Shown here piece by piece: positions 29,166 to 37,281 of a stretch of 64,000 nt of DNA (the first letter of the stretch is position 1; each line of letters starts with the position of its first letter). Source of the stretch: Alphaproteobacteria bacterium (GTDB taxonomy: Bacteria; Pseudomonadota; Alphaproteobacteria; UBA828); NCBI GenBank assembly GCA_963667785.2, contig CAXXMU010000001.1, positions 768,001-832,000 on the forward strand. Reading direction: 5' to 3'. Made by a program: the position numbers and the translations under genes. The notes below the pieces were generated by a model. That model ran no database searches, was not told where the DNA came from, and was given only the letters and a program-made list of their open reading frames with translations.

Positions 29166-29323
29166 GCCGTGAGGTTATCGGCGCACGGCGGCGCTCGAGA
29201 GCCAGCGTTGCTCACCTGATGAGACTTGTCCCGCCTTCCGTTTCCCTCCGCTCCGAGTCCCCCTTGCAACCTGTCGTCGTTTTGGGGCTGGCCCCGCAGC
29301 ACCGAAGAGGGGCAGAGAATGCT

Positions 29324-29377
29324 TGACGAGCGGGCCAGGTTCTCGAATCGTAGAACATGACACACGTGTCAGGTTCT
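29324..29377. promoter_or_regulatory. tandem operator/promoter of the udg-GMC-NIPSNAP operon
   Basis: A degenerate site TGACGAGCGGGCCA at 29324 and a perfect TGACAC-AC-GTGTCA at 29358, extended by AGAAC/GTTCT. The sites are 34 bp apart. Confidence 0.75.
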
Positions 29378-29412
29378 CCCGTTTCGGGCAGGAGCGGACG
29401 GACGCCACGACC

Positions 29413-30261
29413 ATGCGACTGAGAGCGGCGCTGCACGAGACGCTCGACGGCTGGCACGGGGATATCGACCCTTCCTGGCGCGCTCTCGTGCACGACGTCG
29501 CGTTGGCCTTCGATGCGGTCGACGCCGCGCTCGAGCTGGAGCCGTGGGAGCCGATCTTTCCGGCCCGGCGGGGCAGGAGCCTGCCCGGCGCGCCGTCGGG
29601 CGCGCACATGCTGCGCGCCTTCGACGGGATCGCGCCGGAGAGCGTGCGCTGCGTGATCGTGGGCCAGGACCCCTATCCGTGCCCCGCGTTTGCGACCGGG
29701 CGGGCCTTCGAGGCGGGCAACGTCGCCCGCTGGCGGGAGCTCGACAAGATGTTCTCGCCGAGCGTCCGCGCGGTGATCCAGCTCGTCGTCGCGGAGCGCA
29801 CCGGCGCGGCACGCTACGCCGAGGGCTTCGCGCAGTGGCCGGAGACGCTGGCGGCCATCGAAGCGGGCGCGGTCGATCTGGAGGCGCCCGAGGCGCTGGC
29901 TGAGCGCTGGGTCGCCTCCGGCGCGCTTCTGCTCAACAGCTCGCTCACGCTCTCCCGCTTCCGCCGCGAGGGCGATCCCCATCAAGTGCGGGGCCATCTG
30001 CCGCTCTGGCGCCCCTTGCTGGTCCGGGTGCTCGATCTACTGGCGCGGCGGGGTACGCCCGTCGTCTTCATCGGCTTCGGCGACGCGGCCGCCGAGACGC
30101 TGGCTGCGGCGGGGCTTGGAGAGGCTGAACAACGCGCAGCGGGGCGCGTCATCCTCCGCCCGCACCCCGCCGCGGCCGACGAGATGCTCGCGCAGGAGAA
30201 CCCGCTCTCGCTCTGCAACCGTCGTCTGCGGGCCATGGGCGCGGCGCCGGTGGACTGGTAG
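29413..30261 (+). CDS. uracil-DNA glycosylase family-1-like protein (atypical)
   Basis: VIVGQDPYP, GRAF, SPS, GALLLNSSLT and VFIGFG. HPAAAD replaces the canonical HPSPLS. Confidence 0.85.
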   Translation: MRLRAALHETLDGWHGDIDPSWRALVHDVALAFDAVDAALELEPWEPIFPARRGRSLPGAPSGAHMLRAFDGIAPESVRCVIVGQDPYPCPAFATGRAFEAGNVARWRELDKMFSPSVRAVIQLVVAERTGAARYAEGFAQWPETLAAIEAGAVDLEAPEALAERWVASGALLLNSSLTLSRFRREGDPHQVRGHLPLWRPLLVRVLDLLARRGTPVVFIGFGDAAAETLAAAGLGEAEQRAAGRVILRPHPAAADEMLAQENPLSLCNRRLRAMGAAPVDW

Positions 30262-30264
30262 CCG

Positions 30265-31923
30265 ATGCCCCGCGAGCGCGCCTTCGACTACGTCATCGTC
30301 GGCGCCGGCTCCGCCGGTTGCGTGCTAGCGAACCGGCTGTCGGCCGATCCCGATTGCTCCGTTCTCCTCATCGAGGCCGGCGGCAGGGACCGCAATCCGC
30401 TCTTCCGTCTGCCCATGCTGATGGGCCGACTGTTCCAGTCCGGCATCTACAACTGGCGCTACCACACCGAGCCGGTGCCGAGCCTCGGCGGCCGCTCGCT
30501 CTATTGGCCGCGCGGCAAGGTGCTCGGCGGGTCTTCCACCATCAACGGCATGATCTACGTGCGCGGCAATCGCCACGACTATGATCGCTGGGCGCAGCTT
30601 GGGCTCGACGGCTGGTCGTACGAAGACGTGCTGCCGGCCTTTCTCCGCTCCGAGGGCCATGTGGAGCGCAGCGGCGCTCACCACGGCACCGGGGGAGAAC
30701 TCACCGTCTGCCGTGCGCGCGGCACCAATCCGCTCTTCGACGCGTTCGTCGAGGCGGGCCATCAGGCCGGCCATCCCGTCAACGACGACTTCAACGGGCC
30801 GGAGCAGCAGGGAATAGGCCGCTACGACTTCACCATCAGGCGGGGCAGGCGCTGCTCCACGTCGGCCGCCTTCCTGCACCCGATACGACATCGGCGCAAC
30901 TTGTCCATCGCCACCGGGAACCTCGTGCGCCGCGTGGTCGTCGACGGCGGCCGCGCGACGGGGGTCGAGATGGCGCGGGGCGGCGGCACGCGCACTGTCG
31001 GCGCGAGGCGCGAGGTCATCCTCTGCGCCGGCACCGTCAACTCGCCCCAGCTCCTGATGCTGTCCGGCATCGGGCCGGGCGACGCGCTGAGCCGGCACGG
31101 CATCCGGGTGGTCCACGAGCTTCCCGGCGTCGGCCGCAACCTGCAGGATCACGTGGACTGCGTTCTCTCGTACGCGTGCACGAAGCCGCTCACCCTCTAT
31201 CGCGAGCTCCGGGCCGACAGGATGATCCGTTCGGTGGCGGAGGGGATGCTGTTCGGCCGCGGCATCGCCACGACCTTTCCCTACGAGGCGGGCGCGTTCT
31301 TCAAGAGCCGGCCGGAACTGGTGGCGCCGGACATCCAGGTGCACTTCATGCCGGCGCTGGAAAGCACGGCGAGCCTGCATGTTCCCAACCCCTTCGGTAA
31401 GGCCGCGGCCGACGCCGGCCACGGCTTCGCGCTCCGCGTGGGTCCGCTCAATCCCGAGAGCCGGGGGTGGGTGGCTCTGCGCTCCGCCGATCCCGCCGAC
31501 GCGCCGCTGATCCAGCCCAACTATCTGCAGGACGACGCCGACTGCACGACGACGATCGCGGGCATCCGCATGGTCCGCGATGTGATCGCACAGCCGGCCT
31601 TCGACGCCTGTCGCGGCCCCGAGCTTGCGCCGGGCGATGCGCTACAGAGCGATACCGATCTCACCGCCTGGCTCCGTGCCAACGCCATGACGACCTTTCA
31701 TCCCGTCGGCACCTGCCGCATGGGCACCGACCCGATGGCGGTGGTGGACGCCCGGCTCGCCGTCCGCGGCATCGCCGGGCTCAGGGTCGCTGACGCCTCG
31801 GTCATGCCCGTCATCACGAGCGGCAACACCAACGCGCCCGCCATCATGATCGGCGAGAAGGCGGCCGAGTTCATACGGGGCGGGGCCGAACCTCAGGCGA
31901 CAGCCAAGGAGAGCGAGGAATGA
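30265..31923 (+). CDS. GMC family FAD oxidoreductase
   Basis: DYVIVGAGSAGCVLANRLS, PRGKVLGGSSTINGM, GRNLQDH, HPVGTCRMG and GNTNAP. Confidence 0.95.
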   Translation: MPRERAFDYVIVGAGSAGCVLANRLSADPDCSVLLIEAGGRDRNPLFRLPMLMGRLFQSGIYNWRYHTEPVPSLGGRSLYWPRGKVLGGSSTINGMIYVRGNRHDYDRWAQLGLDGWSYEDVLPAFLRSEGHVERSGAHHGTGGELTVCRARGTNPLFDAFVEAGHQAGHPVNDDFNGPEQQGIGRYDFTIRRGRRCSTSAAFLHPIRHRRNLSIATGNLVRRVVVDGGRATGVEMARGGGTRTVGARREVILCAGTVNSPQLLMLSGIGPGDALSRHGIRVVHELPGVGRNLQDHVDCVLSYACTKPLTLYRELRADRMIRSVAEGMLFGRGIATTFPYEAGAFFKSRPELVAPDIQVHFMPALESTASLHVPNPFGKAAADAGHGFALRVGPLNPESRGWVALRSADPADAPLIQPNYLQDDADCTTTIAGIRMVRDVIAQPAFDACRGPELAPGDALQSDTDLTAWLRANAMTTFHPVGTCRMGTDPMAVVDARLAVRGIAGLRVADASVMPVITSGNTNAPAIMIGEKAAEFIRGGAEPQATAKESEE

Positions 31924-32246
31924 TCGTCGAGCACAGGACCTACACCTTCCGCCCCGGCACGGTGGAGGGCTGGCTAGAGAAGTACGAGGCAGAGGGCCTG
32001 CCCATCCAGGAGCGCCATCTCGGACCCTTGGTCGGCGTCTACGTCTCCGAGATCGGCCGGCTGCACCGGGTCGTCCTGATCCGGGCCTACGAGAGCCTGG
32101 CGGATCGCGAGCGGCGCCGCGCCACGATGGGCGCCGACCCCGCGTGGCAGGCCTTCATCCAGTCGGTCTGGGCCCTCGACGCGATCCAGGAGCAGGACGT
32201 GATGGTCATGAACCCCGCGCCCTGCTCGCCGCCGCTCCGCGACTGA
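31920..32246 (+). CDS. NIPSNAP family protein
   Basis: IVEHRTYT.RPG, SEIGRL..V, YESLADRERRRA...ADPAW and PAPCSP. ATGA-coupled to the GMC gene. Confidence 0.88.
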   Translation: MIVEHRTYTFRPGTVEGWLEKYEAEGLPIQERHLGPLVGVYVSEIGRLHRVVLIRAYESLADRERRRATMGADPAWQAFIQSVWALDAIQEQDVMVMNPAPCSPPLRD

Positions 32247-32551
32247 ACGGCGCGACGCCGCGGGGCGTGCCCGCGCATCCGACCCGGCGGGTGTTGTTAA
32301 GCGCACCTTGTTGACCCCGCGCAGCCCAGCGAGATCAATGGATTAGCATGCCGATCGGCATCGAACCCCTGCGCCGGTCAACACGAATTTGGACGAAGCG
32401 ACAAACCTTCCACATAGTTCCCAAATAATGCGTGAAGGAATTCGCACCGGCGGCGTCATTCACTCGGCCCGCGTCTTCGGCTGCGGTGCGGGCTTCGCCG
32501 TCGTCGTCGGGCAGCCAAGGCCTTCCAGCGAGAGGAACTGGACCGCACTCA

Positions 32552-33211
32552 TTACGACGATGTGGAAGGGCTGCAGCATCCATCCAGGATGACCTTGGTC
32601 ATGGTCTCAGCCGCAGCGTCGAAGTCCGCCCTCGTGAGCCGTCGCCGCCCGAGCACGTCGGCGGCGAGCATCCCGAAGTCCGCGTAGAACTGGGTCGCGG
32701 ACCACAGCATGATGAAGAAGTGGCGCGGGTCCACCGGCGCCATGTGTCCCCGCCTGATCCATTCTTCCACCACGTGGGCGCGCTGGTCGGTGACCGCGCG
32801 GATATGCTGGCGCTGCCGCCGCTCCAAGAACTGCGCACCACGCAGGATCTCGTTGGCGAAGAAGCGGGATTCGGTGGCGTGGCGGCGCGAATACTCGAGC
32901 TTTGCGCGGATGTAGGCAGCGATCGCGTCGCGCGGTTCGCGCTCGGGCACGATGTGATCGAACGCGCGATCCCACCCCTCGATCAACCGCTCGATGACGG
33001 CAGAATAGATGCTCTCCTTGGTCGGGAAGTAGTAGTAGACGTTCGTCTTCGGCAGGCCGCAAACCCGCGCTATCTCCTTGACATGGGTGCCGTGAAAGCC
33101 CTTGTCGGCGAAAAGGCCGACGGCGGCGCGTAGGATTCTTTCCTCGTTCCTGGCGCGAATGCGGGGTGTCGACGGCTCCGCCTCTGCATCAGTCCGCACG
33201 CTCTTCGTCAT
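32552..33211 (-). CDS. RutR-like TetR family regulator
   Basis: IRARNEERILRAA..LFA.KGFHGT, GLPKTNVYYYF, YIRAKLEYSR....SRFFANEILRGA and WSATQFYADF (RutR-type C-terminal domain). Confidence 0.9.
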   Translation of the reverse strand: MTKSVRTDAEAEPSTPRIRARNEERILRAAVGLFADKGFHGTHVKEIARVCGLPKTNVYYYFPTKESIYSAVIERLIEGWDRAFDHIVPEREPRDAIAAYIRAKLEYSRRHATESRFFANEILRGAQFLERRQRQHIRAVTDQRAHVVEEWIRRGHMAPVDPRHFFIMLWSATQFYADFGMLAADVLGRRRLTRADFDAAAETMTKVILDGCCSPSTSS

Positions 33212-33299
33212 GGTCTTCCCTCGCGTTGCACGCCAACGAGGCCTTTCTGCGGCAGCCGCAGTCTAGCCCCGCATTCAGGCTGAGGGAGCAGAAAATACT

Positions 33300-33347
33300 T
33301 GACGCACGTGTCCACTTCCAAGACCGTAAAACATGACACGCGTGTCC
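33300..33347. promoter_or_regulatory. tandem operator/promoter between the TetR gene and the BMP ABC operon
   Basis: TGACGCACGTGTCC at 33300 and TGACACGCGTGTCC at 33334, 34 bp apart. The flanks are homologous to the 29.3 kb promoter. Confidence 0.75.
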
Positions 33348-33384
33348 AGTTTCGATGCAAGCGGGAGCCTGCGGACCCTATGCG

Positions 33385-33471
33385 ATGCAACTGAGGGCGG
33401 CGCTCCGGGAGACCCGAGAGGGCTGGTGGGAGGACATCCATCCGCCCTGGCGCGACGTCATCGGCGACTGA
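33385..33471 (+). pseudogene. 28-codon 5' stub of a second copy of the UDG-like gene
   Basis: MQLRAALRETREGWWEDIHPPWRDVIGD* versus the intact MRLRAALHETLDGWHGDIDPSWRALVHD, at nearly the same offset from the operator (51 vs 55 bp). Confidence 0.85.
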
Positions 33472-33548
33472 ACGGTCCGCCGACGGGGGCCCGCCCACGA
33501 ATGCAAGCCGGGCGCAGCGGGCGCCCGAGGGAGAGAAGGAGAAACGCC

Positions 33549-34622
33549 ATGTCGAACAAGCCGAACGCGATAGGTCCGGGCGCACCGTTCGCGCGCCTCA
33601 GCCGCCGCAGGTTCCTGGCGGCAACCGCCGGCATCTCCGCGGTCGTCGGTGCGAGTTCCGCGCTGCCCCTTGCCGCGCGCGCGGACGCGGGCCTTGTCGC
33701 CTTGGTTCACACCCAGGCGGCGGGCGACAGCGGCCCCATCGATTCCATGATGGGCCGGCTCGATCAGCTCTCGGAGGCGCAAGCCTTCGAGACCCGAAGC
33801 ATCTACGCCCAGGACCCGGCGACCTACGAGACCGTGCTGCGCACCCTCGGCGATGCGGGTGCCTCCATCGTGCTCGGGACCTTCCCGGTCATCTCCGAGG
33901 CCTTCAAGGCGGTGGCGCCGCTCTATCCCGACACCAGATGGATCCAGCTCTTCGGCGATGCCGTCGACCCGCCGATCGGGAATCTGGTGACGGTCTCCTA
34001 CGACTACTATCTCGGCTGCTACCTGTCGGGCATCTTCGCCGCCCACGTCTCGCAGTCGAAGCAGATCGGCTTCATCGGCGGCATCAGCATTCCGCCGATC
34101 AACGCCGACTTCAACGCGCTCGAGGCCGGTGTCCATGCGGTCGATCCGGAGGCCACCGTGACGGCCGCCTTTGCGGGCTCCTTCCAGGACCCGGCCAAGG
34201 GCTACGAGATCGCGAGCCAGATGTTCCTGGACGGGATCGACTACATCCAGACCGATTCCGCCGCGACCGACGGCGGCATCATCCAGGCGGCCAACGAGCG
34301 CGAGGGCGCCATGGTCAGCGCACTCGATCCGGCCCAGTACCCGCTGGGACCCGCCTCGGTGATCGGGGTGGTCAGCCTCGACTTCGGCCAGTCGCTCCAT
34401 AACGAGACCAGCGCGGCGCTCGCCGCCGACTGGCGGGGCGGGCGGCATGTGCCGACGGGCCTCGGCAGCGGTGTCATCGACTTCCTCCGCTCGCCCCTCT
34501 ATCGGGAGCAGGGGCCGGCGGCTATCGTCGCACGATCGGACGAGGCGTGGCCTGCGGTCGAAGCGGCGCGGGCGGGTATCCTCGACGGCTCGGTTTCGGT
34601 GCCGTTCAACACGGAGCTCTGA
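33549..34622 (+). CDS. BMP-family (nucleoside-type) ABC substrate-binding protein with Tat signal
   Basis: SRRRFLA twin-arginine signal, GD.G..DS, YLSG.FAA, IGFIGG..IP.I and AGSFQDPAKGYEIA. Confidence 0.88.
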   Translation: MSNKPNAIGPGAPFARLSRRRFLAATAGISAVVGASSALPLAARADAGLVALVHTQAAGDSGPIDSMMGRLDQLSEAQAFETRSIYAQDPATYETVLRTLGDAGASIVLGTFPVISEAFKAVAPLYPDTRWIQLFGDAVDPPIGNLVTVSYDYYLGCYLSGIFAAHVSQSKQIGFIGGISIPPINADFNALEAGVHAVDPEATVTAAFAGSFQDPAKGYEIASQMFLDGIDYIQTDSAATDGGIIQAANEREGAMVSALDPAQYPLGPASVIGVVSLDFGQSLHNETSAALAADWRGGRHVPTGLGSGVIDFLRSPLYREQGPAAIVARSDEAWPAVEAARAGILDGSVSVPFNTEL

Positions 34623-34717
34623 TCGCACGCCCTGACTAGGAGGCACACTCGGAACGGACGACCGCCGCGGACCCGCCGGCCCTCCATTGCCGCGGGATTC
34701 GCGTCACATACGGCGAG

Positions 34718-36238
34718 GTGACGGCGCTCGCCGACCTCGACATCGCCTTCGCGCGCGGCGCCATCCACGCCGTGGTCGGCCAGAACGGCGCCGGGAAGAC
34801 GACATTCGCCCGTGTCGCAGCCGGGCTCGTCCGTCCCGACGCGGGCTCGCTCGCCATCGACGGGCGTGCGCTACGCCTCGGCCGCGTCGCCGGCGCGCGC
34901 GCGGCTGGCGTCGAGCTTGTCCACCAGAGCTTCGCGCTGCCGCCCTCCTTCACCGTAGCGGAGGCGCTGGAATTCGGCGCTGGCGGCGGCATCGGCGTCT
35001 ACAGTCGACGCCGGCTCTTGAAGCGATGTCGTGAGCGCCTCGCGGCCCTCGATCTCGATGTCGATCCTCGGCGGCGCATCCGCGACCTGCCGGTCGAGGT
35101 CCAGCAGGGGGTGGAGATCGCCCGCGCGCTGGTCACCGATGCACGACTCCTGATTCTGGACGAGCCGACGGCGGTGCTGCCGCCCGCCGGCATCGAGGCG
35201 CTGTTCGAGCGTATCCGCAGCCTCAAGCGGCACGGGGTCACGGTCATCCTGATCCTGCACAAGATCCGCGAAGTGATGGCCGTGGCCGACACCATCTCCG
35301 TTCTGCGCGGCGGCAGGCTGGTCGCGGGACCCATCCCGCGCGAGCGGGCGGACGAGACGAGCATCGCCGAGATGATCGTCGGCCAGGCCGCGGTGGGTCC
35401 CGTCAGCGCCGACGATACCCAGGCGCTGGTCGGGGCGGCGCCAGTTCGGAGTGTGGCCGCTCGTCGCGTTCCCGTCGCGGCGTCGCCCGAGGTCGGCGAG
35501 ACGGTGCTCCAACTCGCGGACGTGAATACGGCGAAGGACCCGGAGGAACCGCCGCTGGATCGGGTCTCCCTTGCGGTCGGGCCGGGGGAGATTGTCGGCG
35601 TCGCCGGGGTTCAGGGCAACGGTCAGCGGACGCTGGTGAAGGCGATCACCGGCCTCGCCGATGTCACGGGCGGCGATATCTACCTGAACGGCAGCCGCGC
35701 GAGCCGTACCAGCGCCGCCAACCGCCGCGCGCTGGGCCTGCGCGTCATCCCCTTCGAGCGCAACAGCGAGGGCCTCAGCCTCACCAGCGCGCTGTGGGAG
35801 AACTGGTCCGTTCGCGACCTGATGCAACGGCCGCTGTTCAGTTTCGTCGACCCGGCCGCGCTGCGCCGGCGCTGCGACGAGGCGCTCGAGACCTGGGGCG
35901 TGCGCTATGCGTCCGCCACCCAGAACGCCGGCGCGCTCTCCGGCGGCAACGCGCAGAAGGTGATTCTCGCGCGCGAGATCGACGAAGACGCGCGTCTCAT
36001 CATCGCCGCGCAGCCCGCGCGCGGGCTCGATATCGGCGCCACCGCCTTCGTCTGGTCGGCGCTGCGCGAGGCAGCCGGGCGCGGCTGCGGCGTGCTGCTG
36101 ATCTCGTCCGATCTGGACGAGCTGTTCGACGTCAGCCACCGCTTGGTGGTCATGCTCTCGGGCCGCATCGTCGCCGAGTTCGTCCCGCCCTATGACATCG
36201 CTGCGGTGGGCCGCGCCATGACCGGGGCGTCCACATGA
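34718..36238 (+). CDS. nucleoside/sugar ABC ATPase with tandem NBDs; conserved N-terminus extends upstream to ~34649
   Basis: GQNGAGKTT, LILDEPTAVL, GVAGVQGNGQ, LSGGNAQK, QPARGLDIGA and ISSDLDEL. Confidence 0.92.
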   Translation: MTALADLDIAFARGAIHAVVGQNGAGKTTFARVAAGLVRPDAGSLAIDGRALRLGRVAGARAAGVELVHQSFALPPSFTVAEALEFGAGGGIGVYSRRRLLKRCRERLAALDLDVDPRRRIRDLPVEVQQGVEIARALVTDARLLILDEPTAVLPPAGIEALFERIRSLKRHGVTVILILHKIREVMAVADTISVLRGGRLVAGPIPRERADETSIAEMIVGQAAVGPVSADDTQALVGAAPVRSVAARRVPVAASPEVGETVLQLADVNTAKDPEEPPLDRVSLAVGPGEIVGVAGVQGNGQRTLVKAITGLADVTGGDIYLNGSRASRTSAANRRALGLRVIPFERNSEGLSLTSALWENWSVRDLMQRPLFSFVDPAALRRRCDEALETWGVRYASATQNAGALSGGNAQKVILAREIDEDARLIIAAQPARGLDIGATAFVWSALREAAGRGCGVLLISSDLDELFDVSHRLVVMLSGRIVAEFVPPYDIAAVGRAMTGAST

Positions 36239-37281
36239 GCGGCATCAGCATCCGCGCGGGCGCGGTCATCCGCACGCTCGCCTTCATCGTGCTCGCGCTC
36301 GCTCTCTGCGGCGTCGTCTTCGAGCTGGCCGGCTACTCGGCGCTTCTGATGCTCGAAAGCGTCGTCGAGGGCGCCTTCCTGCGCGCGGGCGGCTGGGCGC
36401 AGAGCCTGCGCTGGGCCCTGCCGCTCTTCATCACCGCGACCGGTGTCGCCATCTCGTTCCGCTGCGGCTTCTTCAATATCGGCGCGCAGGGCCAGTTCTA
36501 TGTGGGCGCCATCTGCGCTGCCTTCGTCGCCGATGTGCTCGGCGGTGCGCCTGCGGCCCTCGTGCTGCCGGCGACCTTCCTCGCCGGCATGGCGGGAGGC
36601 GCGCTGTGGGCGCTCTGGCCGGGATATCTCAGGCTTCGCTCCGGCACCGACGAGGTCATCACGACGCTGATGGGCAACTTCATCGCAGCCCTCGTGCTGG
36701 TCTACGTCACCTCGGGCCCGCTCAAGGACCCCTCCGGCACCGGCCAGCAGGCGGCGAGCCCGCTGCTGCCGGCGGTCTACCGCATCAGCGATTCCCAGGG
36801 CATCTCGCCTGCGATCATCGGCATCGCCGCCGCCGTCGCGCTCGCCATGTGGGTGCTGGTCAACCGCACGCCCTTCGGCATGCTGGCGAGCCTCGCCGGG
36901 CGCAACCCGACCATGGTGCGCTTTCAGGGGGCGCGCCTCTGGACCCTGGGCCTTTCGAGCTTCCTTATCAGCGGCGGACTGGCCGGGCTCGCCGGCACCA
37001 TCGAGCTGCTCGGCCCCACCGGGCGCATCGCGAGCGGCTTTCTACCCGGCCACGGCTTCACCGCGGTGCTGATCGCCCTGGTCGCCAACCTTTCGGTGCT
37101 CGCGACTGCCGTGGTCAGCATGTTCTTCGGCGGCCTTGCCTCGGCCGCGCTCTACCTGCCGATCCTGGCCGGACTGCCGGCCGCCGCCATCGACATCTTC
37201 AACGCCTCCGTCGCGCTCTTCATCACCGCGAAGTCGGGATTGCTGGATCGCCTCCTGCGCGCAGCGAGGCTCCCCACATGA
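36235..37281 (+). CDS. nucleoside ABC permease
   Basis: FRCGFFNIGAQGQ, DEVITTLMGNFIA, SGGLAGLAG and GHGFTAVLIAL. Confidence 0.9.
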   Translation: MSGISIRAGAVIRTLAFIVLALALCGVVFELAGYSALLMLESVVEGAFLRAGGWAQSLRWALPLFITATGVAISFRCGFFNIGAQGQFYVGAICAAFVADVLGGAPAALVLPATFLAGMAGGALWALWPGYLRLRSGTDEVITTLMGNFIAALVLVYVTSGPLKDPSGTGQQAASPLLPAVYRISDSQGISPAIIGIAAAVALAMWVLVNRTPFGMLASLAGRNPTMVRFQGARLWTLGLSSFLISGGLAGLAGTIELLGPTGRIASGFLPGHGFTAVLIALVANLSVLATAVVSMFFGGLASAALYLPILAGLPAAAIDIFNASVALFITAKSGLLDRLLRAARLPT

